Made by a program: the position numbers and the translations under genes. Below the pieces are notes generated by a model. The model ran no database searches and was not told the origin of the DNA. It was given only the letters and a program-made list of their open reading frames with translations. A stretch of DNA of 64,000 bases, from positions 2,498,301-2,562,300 of the forward strand of contig CBDCWR010000007.1 of NCBI GenBank assembly GCA_965223385.1, in the 5' to 3' direction. How positions within the stretch are numbered: the stretch's first letter is position 1; every line of letters begins with the position of its first letter. Shown in pieces: positions 1 to 9,176 of the stretch. This DNA comes from Candidatus Multivoraceae bacterium (GTDB lineage: Bacteria; Acidobacteriota; Thermoanaerobaculia; Multivoradales; Multivoraceae).

Positions 1-95
1 CGGACCTGGCCGAGCTCTGTGCCGAGGCTCCCGATCTGCGTCCAGAGCTCGAGACACTGGTCCGTGAGTACCACGAGCTCGACGGCTCGTTTGGC

Positions 96-881
96 ATGCC
101 GGCCAAGGACCTGGTGGGGAAGTCGATCGGCTCCCTCCGGCTTCTGAAGCGGCTCGGGTCGGGTGTCGTCAGCGACGTCTACGACGGCCTCGACGTGGGT
201 GCGGCAACTGCGCGGGTCGCGGTCAAGGTGTTCCCGGCCTTCGTGCTCGCGGAGGCCGGCGCGCGAGAGCGGTTCGAGCGGCTGCAGCGCCTCGCTGCGC
301 AGGAGCAGCCGCCGGGCTGTTGCGCGCTCCATCGCTGCGGCGAGGGAGAAGGGGTGGCCTTCCTGTGCCTGGAGCGTTGCGAGGGCGGAGTCTGGCGGCC
401 CGAGGACCCCTTGCGCGACGGCCGGAGAATCCTGCAGGCACTGACCAACCTCCACGGCCACGTGGTTGCAGTGGGTGACCTCCGGCCGGCCGCGATCGTC
501 GGCGGGCCACGGGGCGCCACTCTGCTCGCCTACGGCGTCTCGAGCCTGAGGGGCGGCCACCTTCCACGGGGGCAAGGCGCCTACCCGTTGAGTGCTGCGG
601 CTTTTGCGGCTCCGGAGCAGCTCGACGGCGCGGCGGAGATCACGACGGCTGCCGACCTCTTCTCCTGGGCGAGTCTCGTCGCGTTCTGGCTCACGGAGGA
701 GCTGCCGTTCGACGGGGCGAGCCGCCAGGAGATGCGTGACGCCATGCGCGACGCTGCGCCTCCGGTGGCGGCGGGCGAGGCGCGCGACCTGCTGCAGAGG
801 TGCTGGAGCGAGCGCCCTGCGGATCGTCCCTCGGCTGCGCAGGCGTCCGACGAGCTGTCCCGCGTGCTTTCGACGACCTGA
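96..881 (+). CDS. Ser/Thr protein kinase-like protein, probably a catalytically impaired pseudokinase. The reading frame is open back to the window start, so the true 5' end may lie upstream.
   Basis: Gly-rich loop LGSGVVSDVY and VAVK lysine motif are present. The catalytic loop is VGDLRPAAIV in place of HRDLKPxN (the Asn is lost). LAYG replaces DFG. The C-lobe is recognisable (DLFSWASLVAFWLTEELPF). Confidence 0.5.
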   Translation: MPAKDLVGKSIGSLRLLKRLGSGVVSDVYDGLDVGAATARVAVKVFPAFVLAEAGARERFERLQRLAAQEQPPGCCALHRCGEGEGVAFLCLERCEGGVWRPEDPLRDGRRILQALTNLHGHVVAVGDLRPAAIVGGPRGATLLAYGVSSLRGGHLPRGQGAYPLSAAAFAAPEQLDGAAEITTAADLFSWASLVAFWLTEELPFDGASRQEMRDAMRDAAPPVAAGEARDLLQRCWSERPADRPSAAQASDELSRVLSTT

Positions 882-910
882 GGGCGCCTCCGGTTCCCGC
901 CAAGACCACC

Positions 911-943
911 AAAAAAGGAGGGCGCTGCCCGAAGGCAGCGCCC
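911..943 (-). terminator. Rho-independent terminator for the minus-strand gene that ends at 965, possibly bidirectional.
   Basis: Perfect 10-bp GC stem GGGCGCTGCC/GGCAGCGCCC with a 4-nt loop (cgaa, GNRA-like). An A6 tract sits on the plus strand, so it reads as U6 after the hairpin on the minus strand. Confidence 0.6.
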
Positions 944-964
944 AGCGAGAGACCGTCGTCTCTC

Positions 965-1606
965 CTACATGGAGGCGAGGATGCTCTCGACCAGCTCCTT
1001 GACCACCGGCTTGAGGACGCGGTCGAACTGCGCCTCGTCGTCGACGCCGCCGCCGAAGCCGGCCACGCGCACCTTCATGGAGCTCGACACACCGCGCGCC
1101 TCGTCGGCCCAGATGATCTCTCCGGTCTCCGCGTCGATCATGCGTGCGTTCATCGCGCTCTGGAACTTGTTCCGCTTCACGCCGAAGGAGGGGATCCTCT
1201 TGAAGCCGGGGCCGCTGGCCTCGGAGGTGCTCTGACCGTACTCGGTGACGGCGCCCGTGAGGATGTACTTCACCCCCAGCAGGCGACCCGCGCGAACAGC
1301 CGTCGCCGGCGAGACGTCGCCTGACAGGGCCAGATTCTTCTCGCGCATCAAGGCGTCCAGCTGCTCGCGCTCGATGACCCGGAACTTGCCGCTCTTGACG
1401 AGCTGGGTCACGAAGACGTCCTGCGCCGCCGCGGCGCCCCCCTGGTTCCAGGAGTGCCACCAGTCCTGATCGGCTTTGGCCTTGAACTCGATGACGGCGA
1501 CGCGGGGCTTGTCGGCCGCGGTTGCGGGCGGTGCGGCTGCGAGGGCGAAGACGCAGGCCGCCACTGCGAACGAGGCGAGACGCTGGAGCTTGATGGGGTT
1601 CTTCAT
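965..1606 (-). CDS. CsgG/LpoB-like periplasmic lipoprotein (TolB-N-like fold).
   Basis: Signal peptide with a possible lipobox (VAAC). About 213 aa. Motifs SGKF.V.ER.QL, GVKYILTGAVTEYG and TGEIIW recall the CsgG/LpoB C-terminal domain. Confidence 0.5.
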   Translation of the reverse strand: MKNPIKLQRLASFAVAACVFALAAAPPATAADKPRVAVIEFKAKADQDWWHSWNQGGAAAAQDVFVTQLVKSGKFRVIEREQLDALMREKNLALSGDVSPATAVRAGRLLGVKYILTGAVTEYGQSTSEASGPGFKRIPSFGVKRNKFQSAMNARMIDAETGEIIWADEARGVSSSMKVRVAGFGGGVDDEAQFDRVLKPVVKELVESILASM

Positions 1607-1703
1607 CGTTTCGGTTCCTATGGAGGGGCGGTGAGGAAGTCCGCCGTGGATTTCGTGTCCTTCGCCTCAAGGACGATGCGACGCTCCAGGAGCGAACGCA
1701 GCA

Positions 1704-2654
1704 ATGTGGACTTTTTTGGGCGCGCCGCGCGCCGCTCCAGAGCTAGGATCTGTCTGGAGGGGGATTCGACCCGTGAGACTGCGTCTGCAGCTGGCCGCTC
1801 TGGGGGCTCTGATCGCGACCCTCTGGGCCGCCTACACGCTGGCTCTGGGGCCTCGGATCGGGTGGCCACCGGCGGCCCTTCTCGGGGTGCTCGGCAGCCT
1901 CTTCCTGCTCCTCCTCGTGAGCGGGGCCGTTCAACTCGTGCGCGGGATGCGGCTCCGGGCTCTGCTCGGCCGTGCGCCCGACCGAGCGCTCCGGGAAGAC
2001 GGACCGGTGGCCTGGAGCGGCCAGGTCGCTCCGTTACGGGAGGCTTCTCGGGCGCCGCTCTCCGGGAAGCCTTCGCTCGCCTGGGAGTACGAGTTCGAGG
2101 AGAAGCTCACCGGAGGCTCGGCCGACCCGCGCCGCTGGTTCGGTATGGGTCAGGTTCCCTTCGTGATCGGAGCGCCCCACGGAGACGTGGAGGTGCGCTG
2201 CGGAGTTCTGCCGGACGCGTTGCGATGGAAGACGCCTCGGGGCGCCGACTGGGGCAGCGCGGCACGCGCGCTCACCGAGCGCTCCGACGCGGCTGATGCG
2301 TCGGGAATCGGGTCCGGCCTGGCCATGCTCGCGCGGCTCGAAGAGCTCCTCGGCGACGAGGACGGCGATGCGCGGCTCGAGTGGCGGACGGGGGACGCTG
2401 GGGGCGTGGGTGACGTCCAGGGTCTGCGAGAGCGTCGGCTCGAGCCCGGGCAGCAGGTCACGGCAGTGGGCTGGTACTCCGCCAGCCGACGTGCCTTCGT
2501 GCCCCACGCGAAGGGCCTCCAGCTTTTCCTGGACGACGCCGAGGCCGTGCGCAAGGGTGCTCTGGCGAGCGCTTGGGGGACGCTTGCGTTTGCGCTGCCG
2601 ACGAACGTCCTGATCCAGGGGCTCGTGCTGCTGGCCTGGTTTCGCGCGCCGTGA
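1704..2654 (+). CDS. Hypothetical membrane protein (two N-terminal TM helices plus a soluble domain).
   Basis: ORF with AGGAG located 11 nt upstream, hydrophobic N-terminus, high-GC codon bias in this frame. No recognisable family. Confidence 0.45.
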   Translation: MWTFLGAPRAAPELGSVWRGIRPVRLRLQLAALGALIATLWAAYTLALGPRIGWPPAALLGVLGSLFLLLLVSGAVQLVRGMRLRALLGRAPDRALREDGPVAWSGQVAPLREASRAPLSGKPSLAWEYEFEEKLTGGSADPRRWFGMGQVPFVIGAPHGDVEVRCGVLPDALRWKTPRGADWGSAARALTERSDAADASGIGSGLAMLARLEELLGDEDGDARLEWRTGDAGGVGDVQGLRERRLEPGQQVTAVGWYSASRRAFVPHAKGLQLFLDDAEAVRKGALASAWGTLAFALPTNVLIQGLVLLAWFRAP

Positions 2655-2657
2655 CGC

Positions 2658-3233
2658 TCAGAGGCGCCAGTTGGCCTCGCCGAGGAGGTCGACGAGCTTC
2701 GAGGCGGCTTGCCTCCAGCTGGTTCGCTCCATGGCGAGCGTGAGATCCGCCTTCGTGAAGCGCCGGTTCCACTGCCGGTACACGGCACGCAGCGCTTCGG
2801 GCCCCGGGGCCTGCAGGACCCAGAGCGGCGCCTCGGCACGGTAGGTCGTCGTGAGCCGTCGGTAGGCGTCGCGGACGTCGTAGCTCAGCGCGACGAAACT
2901 CGCGCGCCGCTCCACGGCCCGCTTGACGGAGCGGAGCGAGAGGAGCCGGTCGGGAAGCGAGACGATGCCAAAAGGCTCGTCTCGGAACAGGGCCTCGGCA
3001 ACCTGGCGCTCGAGTCGGTGGATCTGGGCGTCGGTCTGCGCCTCGCGGAGCGCGGCCCGCGAAGCTCCGGCGCTGTGCTCCAGGGCGGCATCGAAGTCGG
3101 TGAAGCGGATGCCGTGCAGGCTGGCGACCCGGTGCGCGACCTGCCGCGTTTCCGTGCCGATCATTCCGCTCACCACGAGCGGACGCTCGAGGGTGACGGT
3201 CGGGAACGGGTCGTAGTAGGAGGAAGGGTCCAT
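2658..3233 (-). CDS. Shikimate kinase-like protein with a degenerate P-loop.
   Basis: The N-terminus LVVSGMIGTETRQVAHRVASLHGIRFTDFDAALE parallels AroK [30 protein letters not shown]. The Walker A is GMIGTET instead of GxxGxGKS/T, so the lysine is lost. Confidence 0.5.
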   Translation of the reverse strand: MDPSSYYDPFPTVTLERPLVVSGMIGTETRQVAHRVASLHGIRFTDFDAALEHSAGASRAALREAQTDAQIHRLERQVAEALFRDEPFGIVSLPDRLLSLRSVKRAVERRASFVALSYDVRDAYRRLTTTYRAEAPLWVLQAPGPEALRAVYRQWNRRFTKADLTLAMERTSWRQAASKLVDLLGEANWRL

Positions 3234-3352
3234 GGCGTTGCGGAGCAGGGGGGCGCAGGCCTCGGTAGGGTGAGCGTGCCTCTGAAGATTCGGCGCGCGA
3301 GGCGCATCGGTTTGCGGGCTGTGTCACACTGCGACGTCGCGACGATGCTCTC

Positions 3353-4249
3353 ATGACCGCCGACCGCAAGGCTTGGGCCGACGGCCCCTTCCAGCCCCGT
3401 TTCACGCAGTGGCGGGTGCCGCGGCGCCTTCAGGGCTTCGTGCGCGAGATCTCGGTCTCCCAGTCGCAGACGGTGCCGGAGACCGCCGAGACCTTCACGC
3501 TCGTCGCCGAAGGTACGGCCGAGATCCTCTGCACGCTTCCCCTGGATCCCGAGGGTCGCCCGCGCGACGTCGCGCAGATCGAGCTGTGGGGGCCCAAGAC
3601 CAGCCCGCGGATCGTCGGGAGCGAAGGCCCCTGCTGGAAGGTTGGCCTGCGGCTGGAGACAGCCGCCATGTCCAGGATCACGCGCCGACCCGCGACCGAG
3701 GTCTGCGACCGGGCGGTCAGCCTCGATGAGCTGCTGGGGCGGCCGGCGAAGCACAGCCTGCGCGCGCTGTCGGCGAGTCTGGCGGAGCGCCGCGGTGCAC
3801 CTCAGGCGTTCGGCGACGTGCTGCGCTGGGCGGGTGATCTTCGCGCCGCCGCGGCGGACGGCGGCCGCGCGGAGGGCGAACGAGCTCTCGTCCGTGCGGC
3901 GGCGGAGGCGCTGAGGGTGCCCGACGCGCGGGTGGAGCGGCTGTGCCTGGATCTCGGGGTCTCCCGCCGGCGGCTCGAGCGCATCTTCCTGCGCCGGGTC
4001 GGCATGGCGCCCAAGCGCTTCGCACGCATCGGCCGCTTCCAGGAGGCCTGGCGGCGGGTCCAGGCGGGTGGCAGGACCCTCGACGTGGCGCTCGACCTCG
4101 GGTACTACGATCAGTCGCACCTCGCGCGCGATCTACGGGAGCTCGGCGTCGGTCCCGGGCGCGACACCCCGAGTGACGCATTTTTCCTAGATCGGCCGGC
4201 GCTGGCTCGCGAGGATGATCCTCCAAACCCTAGGAAGGAGAGGTCATGA
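3353..4249 (+). CDS. AraC family transcriptional regulator.
   Basis: C-terminal tandem HTH (LGVSRRRLERIFLRRVGMAPKRFARIGRFQEAWRRV...LGYYDQSHLARDLRE). The stop overlaps the next start (ATGA). Confidence 0.7.
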   Translation: MTADRKAWADGPFQPRFTQWRVPRRLQGFVREISVSQSQTVPETAETFTLVAEGTAEILCTLPLDPEGRPRDVAQIELWGPKTSPRIVGSEGPCWKVGLRLETAAMSRITRRPATEVCDRAVSLDELLGRPAKHSLRALSASLAERRGAPQAFGDVLRWAGDLRAAAADGGRAEGERALVRAAAEALRVPDARVERLCLDLGVSRRRLERIFLRRVGMAPKRFARIGRFQEAWRRVQAGGRTLDVALDLGYYDQSHLARDLRELGVGPGRDTPSDAFFLDRPALAREDDPPNPRKERS

Positions 4250-4641
4250 CCGACGACAGAGCAGCGGATGCGGGTCCATTCCTGGGGCTCCGCACGTGCA
4301 TCTACACCGTGGACGACATGAGCGAGGCCAAACGCTGGTATCGCGAGGTTTTCGGGGCGGAGCCCTACTTCGACGAGCCGTTCTACATGGGCTGGAACAT
4401 CGGGGGATACGAGCTGGGCCTGACCCCCCGCAAGGAGGGGGCAACCGCCGAAGTGGGCGGCGTCGAGACCTACTGGGGCACGACCGACGTGCCGGCCACG
4501 GTCGCGCGGCTGATTGCGCTCGGCGCGCGGCCCCACAGCGAGCCTCAGGACGTGGGCGACGGGATCGTGGTGGCCACCGTGCTCGACCCGTGGAACAACA
4601 TCGTGGGAGTGATCGACAACCCCCACTTCACGCTGCCCTGA
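4246..4641 (+). CDS. VOC family (glyoxalase/bleomycin-resistance fold) protein.
   Basis: 131 aa with a paired beta-alpha-beta-beta-beta module pattern. Translationally coupled to the AraC gene. Confidence 0.7.
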   Translation: MTDDRAADAGPFLGLRTCIYTVDDMSEAKRWYREVFGAEPYFDEPFYMGWNIGGYELGLTPRKEGATAEVGGVETYWGTTDVPATVARLIALGARPHSEPQDVGDGIVVATVLDPWNNIVGVIDNPHFTLP

Positions 4642-4657
4642 GGGCGCCGCGCCAGGC

Positions 4658-6112
4658 TCAGTCGTCGAAGCCGGGTGGCGGCTCGAAGCGGAACCCGGCC
4701 CGCTCGAGAAAACGGGCGGCCTCGATCGTGTCGAGGTCGGCGTACTCGGCGCCGACGATCTGCACGCCGATCGGCAGACCGTGGTCGTCGAGGCCGGTTG
4801 GCACGACGGTCGACGGCAGGTAGGACACGCCCGTCAGGCCAGCCCAGAAGACCTGCTCGAAGTAGGGTCGCTCTTCGCCGTCGACGCTCGTGGTGCGCTT
4901 GCCGAAGGCCGAGTGGTCGTGGGGGAAGGCCGAGGTTGCCATGACCGGGGTGACGATCACGTCCCACTGCTCGAAGAAGCGATGCCAGGCCCAGCGCAGA
5001 TGGGTGCGCGTCTCGTTGGCCTGGATCCAGCTCCTGTGGCGTGCCGTCTGGCTGCGGAAGACGAGCGCACGCTGGCTGGTGTCGCTCGGGTCGAGGGCCT
5101 CCGCCTTCGCGATGAGCACGTCGAAGTCGGCGTCAGGCATGCGGGCCGCCATCACCGGCTGCAGGAGCCGGTGATAGGTCTCGTGGGACTCCGCCGGGCT
5201 GAAGTCGGGCCGGGCCGTGTCCGAGACCTCGGCGCCGGCGTCGGCGAAGGCATCGCCGACCTTGCGCACGCGGGCCTGGGTCTCCTGGGAGACCGGTGCG
5301 ACGGCGTCACTGGGCCAGAGGGCCACCTTCCACTCGCAGATGGGCTTGGGTGTGCGCTTCAGCTCCAGTCGAAGGCCGCGGCTCTCGATCTCGTTCGGGC
5401 CCGCCATGGCGTGCACACCCAGCTCGAGGTCACCCGCCGAGCGGGCCATCGGTCCGATCACGCTGATGTCGGACGGCGTGAGAACACCTGGTGGTGCGTG
5501 CCCGCGCGGCGGCAGCAGGTTCCAGGTGGGTTTGTGCCCGAACACGCCGCAGTAGTGCGACGGGTTGCGGATCGAGCCACCGATGTCGGAGCCCGTCTCG
5601 AAGCCGGTCAGCCCCGCTGCCAGTGCCGCGGCGGAGCCGCCCGAGGAGCCGCCGGGGGTGCGCTCCGTGTCGTACGGGTTGTTGGTCGTGCCGTAGATGT
5701 CGTTGTAGCTCTGGAAGTCGGCGAGTCGCAGCGGCACGTTGGTCTTGCCGAAGATCACGACGCCCGCAGCGTTGACCCGGTCGATGGAGAGCGCATCCAG
5801 GTCGGGGACGTTGTCCGCGAGCTCGGGAATCCCGTGGGTGGAGGGGAGTCCGGCGACGTCGTAGCTGTCTTTCACGGTCATGGGCACGCCGTGAAGTGGC
5901 CCCCAGATCTCGCCCCTCGCGATGGCGGCGTCGGCCTCCCGGGCGCGGACGCGGGCGCGCTCCCGGTCGTCGACGACGATGGCGTTCACGGTGTCGTTGT
6001 AGCGATCGGTGCGCGCCAGGAAGTACTCGAGGAGCTCCTCGGCGGTTGCATCGCCGCGACGGATGGCTTCGGCGATCTGGGTGGCCGACTGAAAGGCCCA
6101 GGGGGTACTCAT
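4658..6112 (-). CDS. Amidase (amidase-signature family).
   Basis: GGSSGGSAAA signature, a conserved Ser-cisSer-Lys context and KTN motif; 484 aa. Confidence 0.9.
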   Translation of the reverse strand: MSTPWAFQSATQIAEAIRRGDATAEELLEYFLARTDRYNDTVNAIVVDDRERARVRAREADAAIARGEIWGPLHGVPMTVKDSYDVAGLPSTHGIPELADNVPDLDALSIDRVNAAGVVIFGKTNVPLRLADFQSYNDIYGTTNNPYDTERTPGGSSGGSAAALAAGLTGFETGSDIGGSIRNPSHYCGVFGHKPTWNLLPPRGHAPPGVLTPSDISVIGPMARSAGDLELGVHAMAGPNEIESRGLRLELKRTPKPICEWKVALWPSDAVAPVSQETQARVRKVGDAFADAGAEVSDTARPDFSPAESHETYHRLLQPVMAARMPDADFDVLIAKAEALDPSDTSQRALVFRSQTARHRSWIQANETRTHLRWAWHRFFEQWDVIVTPVMATSAFPHDHSAFGKRTTSVDGEERPYFEQVFWAGLTGVSYLPSTVVPTGLDDHGLPIGVQIVGAEYADLDTIEAARFLERAGFRFEPPPGFDD

Positions 6113-6206
6113 GGACGGTCCTCTCTCGAGCTGGTTGTGGACGGCCAGACTACCGCGCTCCGCAGGCCCGGGGGCCCGAAGAACGAATCGCGACCGAGGT
6201 GCGGCG

Positions 6207-6974
6207 CTAGCTCTGCAGGTAGCGGTTCGGCACGTTGCGCAGCTCGGGCCCCGCGCGCCCCGCGGCAGCGAGAAGGCGCAGCACGTTGCTCTTCGTGTCT
6301 TCTTCGCGACGGTGAAACTGCGGCAGCATTCCGAACTGGGTATACGAGATCGGCGTCAGGTCGAGCAGCGTGGTCTCCCAGTCCATGTCGTGGCCCCAGG
6401 TGACTCCCGCCACGCGAAACTGCGGGTCGGCTCCGGCCTCGAGCAGGAGCTCCATGACGGGGCGCGCATAGTTGGCGTTCGAGCTCACGGTGTGAAAGAG
6501 CGGCGTGTGCCCGTTCAGGCCGTGCGCGTCGGTGCCGGCTGGAGCGTCGACGTCGGCTCCGGCCGCGAGCAGCGTGCGGACGGAAGCCTCGCACACGAAC
6601 TCGGCCGCGACGTGCAGCAGCGTGGCGCCGTAGAGAGGCGTGAACGCGCAGCGCAGATCCACGCGGTGCTGGAGGAGGGTCGGCTCCTCTTCCAGGGCTC
6701 GAGCGAGCGCCGCCCCGTCGTCGAGCAGCACCAGCTCGAGGGCGCGATCGCCGTCGGAAACGCCCTGATCCAACAGCAAGCGGACGCAGTCGCCGAAGCG
6801 CGGCGACCGCGTGTACATCTCCGTCATCCAGGCGAACAGCGTGCGCCCGCGGCACACGTGGTCGGGCTTCATGCCGGCCTGGAAGACGGCTTCGAGCTCC
6901 CCGAGGTCGTGGGTCTCGAGGGCGTCGAGGTAGCGCTGGTCGAGCTGCTGCATGGTCGCGGTGTACCCGCCCAT
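6207..6974 (-). CDS. Ankyrin-repeat protein.
   Basis: Repeats of G.TLLH.AA......V..LL.AGAD. Confidence 0.7.
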   Translation of the reverse strand: MGGYTATMQQLDQRYLDALETHDLGELEAVFQAGMKPDHVCRGRTLFAWMTEMYTRSPRFGDCVRLLLDQGVSDGDRALELVLLDDGAALARALEEEPTLLQHRVDLRCAFTPLYGATLLHVAAEFVCEASVRTLLAAGADVDAPAGTDAHGLNGHTPLFHTVSSNANYARPVMELLLEAGADPQFRVAGVTWGHDMDWETTLLDLTPISYTQFGMLPQFHRREEDTKSNVLRLLAAAGRAGPELRNVPNRYLQS

Positions 6975-7006
6975 GTTCTCTCGAGACCAGCCGTTCGGCC
7001 AAACCA

Positions 7007-7038
7007 GGCCTCCTCGGTCCGATCGGGCCGAGGAGGCT
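7007..7038 (-). terminator. 32-bp near-perfect palindrome (GGCCTCCTCGG tccgatcgg GCCGAGGAGGC). Candidate terminator for the upstream minus-strand gene, or a protein-binding site.
   Basis: 11-bp GC-rich arms with a GATC-centred inner palindrome. On the minus strand it is followed by UGGUUUGG. Confidence 0.4.
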
Positions 7039-7099
7039 GGGTGAGGCTCCGCGACGGCGTGGCTTCCTGGAAGCCTCGCCGCTGCGGCCGTGGAGCTGG

Positions 7100-8747
7100 C
7101 TACTGGCTCTCGAGGGCCAGGATCCGCTCTTGCAGTGTCTGGATCAGATCCTCCTGGGCTTCGTTTGACTCGACTTGCGCATCGAGCAGCCGCTGCTGCT
7201 CCTGGACCACACGGGTCAGGAGCGCAACCACCTCGATGGCCGCCATGCCGCTGCGGTCGGGCGTCGCCACGATCTCGGGGACGTCCTCGGCGATGAAGCC
7301 GAGCTGCGGGTCGTCAGGTGCCACCTTGTAGTTGTAGTGAACGGGCTCGAGCGCTGCCAGCGCCTGGAGGGCTGTCTGCGCGGTGATGGGCCCGATGTTC
7401 TCCTTGAGTGCACGGCTGGACGCGTTGGTCCAGACGCCGGCGGCGGTGAGCCGAGCTCCGGACAGCTGCGCGTGGATGGGGTGGGCCGGGTTGAAACCGT
7501 TCGCGAAGATGCCATCCTGATCGACGGCCAGGTAACCCTGGTTGTCGATCGTGAGGCGCTCCACGTTGCCGGTCATGAAGTAGATCGCGGGGTTCGGCGC
7601 GACCGCTCCGGCGCCCGGGCGCACGTTGAAGAAGCCCGACCTCGCGCCGAACGAGGAGCCCGAGTAGCCGAAGTTCAGTGCGTCCGAAGCGCCGTTGGGG
7701 CCGACGGCGTTGAAGGTGTCGGCCGACTGCGCGCCGAAGATGTGGAGGTTGCCGACGGGGTTCGAGGTGCCGATGCCTACGGCACCGGTGTCAGCGAGCA
7801 CCAGCTGGTCGACGTTGCTCGCGCCGGAATCATCTTCGACGATGAGAGCGATTGTCGAAGTCGCCGTCCTTGACCTGGAACGAGTTGCTGTCGACCTCGA
7901 GCTCCCACCGAGGGCTACCGGTCTGCTCGAGGATCACCTCGGGCGCGTTGCTGTCCATGATGTGGAGCGAGCCTCCCGGCGTGGTCGTTCCCATGCCGTT
8001 GTAGATGCCGTTGCTGTTGACACCTTGCATGTGGAGGCGGACATAGGCGCCGGTCTGATCCTGAACCTGAAAGGCGTCGCCGTCGTTCTCGAGGAAGATG
8101 CCGGTACCCGAGGTGTTCCGGAGGCTCAACAGCGTCCGGTTGTCGGCCTCGTTGTCGTCGATGCGGATGAAGTCGTCCGTGGCGTAAGACGCCATGGCCA
8201 CGTGGTGGAGTCCTCCGTTCTCGGCCTCCCCGTGCTGGCTCGCGGCGCGCTGATCGGCTGCGTCGACCTCTGCCTGGATGAGCTCTCTGCGGTTGGCAGC
8301 GAGCCTCTGCTGCATCTGGTCGCGCGACACGGCGCTTCCGGCCACGCTGAAGAACAGGCCTCGGTCGGTCGCGAGGGCTTCGCCGGAGCTCTTCAGGTGC
8401 ACGAGCTCCCAGCTGTAGCGACCGTCGGGAAGGCTCTCCAACGCGATCCCTTGTCGCCTTTCGGACGCCCCCCCTGCTCCGCGTTCGAGGAATCGGGCTC
8501 CATCGCCGAGGAGGTCGACGTTGATGCTCTCAGTGACGGCAAACGTCCGCTCCAGCCGGTACCCGTTCGGGCCGGAGATCTTGAGGACCGCCCTCTCGCC
8601 GCGGGCGTCGGCTTGAACCGTGAACGTCGTCGCCGCGAGATGTGCCGTCGCGGACTGGCGCTTCTCGGCCTCTGCGCTGAACGCCGTGCCCGAGAGTAGA
8701 AGTGCCATGAGGACACTCAGCAAGCACTGGATCTTGGATACCTTCAA
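7100..8747 (-). CDS. Secreted tail-fiber-domain protein with a C-terminal peptidase S74 intramolecular-chaperone domain. It is split by an apparent frameshift near 7802-7860 (ORFs 7830..8747 and 7100..7801).
   Basis: Signal peptide MKVSKIQCLLSVLMALLLSGTAFSAEA. The upstream ORF ends ..SFQVKDGDFDNR, and the next frame continues ..ADTGAVGIGTSNPVGNLHIF, which is the tail-fiber GNVGIGTt.P motif. The C-terminus (KENIGPITAQTALQALAALEPVHYNYK...GFIAEDVPEIV...EVVALLTRVVQEQQRLLDAQ) matches the S74 chaperone domain. Confidence 0.6.
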
Positions 8748-8955
8748 TTGTCTCTCCTTCCCGCGCTCGTCTCGGCGCGCATGGTGGCGGACTGCCGGGG
8801 GTCGCCCGGCGAGCCGACGCAGTCATGAATTGACGTGTGGCTATCTCGGACTACGGAGTGCCCAAGGAAATCCGGACAGGGGGCCGTCGATTTCCTTGCG
8901 GCCCAGGAGTTTTCGTAGGGACCGGAGGTTTTGGGGTCGCTGGCTGCGGTCGAGC

Positions 8956-9084
8956 CGGGCGCTCGTACAACGCACCGCGAGCCGCCAGCGCGTCGAGGAT
9001 CGGAGCTCGTGCCGACGCGTAGCCGTAGGCTCCCAGATGGTCCGCGCGCGTCGGATCGAGCGTGATCAGGAGGATGTGGCGCGG
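8956..9084 (-). pseudogene. Remnant of a sulfatase N-terminus (about 43 codons, no start, diverges after the motif).
   Basis: The minus-strand frame reads RPRHILLITLDPTRADHLGAYGYASARAPILDALAARGALYERP. This matches the sulfatase/alkaline-phosphatase N-terminal motif (ILLI..D..RADHLG.YGY...PNLD.LA..G..F) and then degenerates. Confidence 0.35.
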
Positions 9085-9176
9085 CCGCTCGTGGCCGCAG
9101 CCGATTGCGGACCGAGGAGCTTCGCGAGCGCGAGCCGCGGGGTCACCTCGGAGTCGATCGACCGGGTCGTGCAGCC

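Noticed and set aside
4781-6403. 540-aa plus-strand ORF antisense to the amidase gene. Similar long ORFs occur at 14466-16583, 14846-16405, 18928-20730, 23041-24084, 27708-29054, 29214-31238, 30983-33394, 35893-37828 and elsewhere.
   Set aside because: They are Arg/Gly/Pro/Ala-rich, low-complexity translations that completely overlap well-supported genes on the other strand or frame. This is the typical antisense-ORF artefact of roughly 70% GC DNA.
7100-8747. Tail-fiber gene considered as evidence of a prophage.
   Set aside because: No integrase, terminase, capsid, baseplate or tail-tube genes and no att-like direct repeats are nearby. The flanking genes are ordinary chromosomal ones (ankyrin, amidase, permease).
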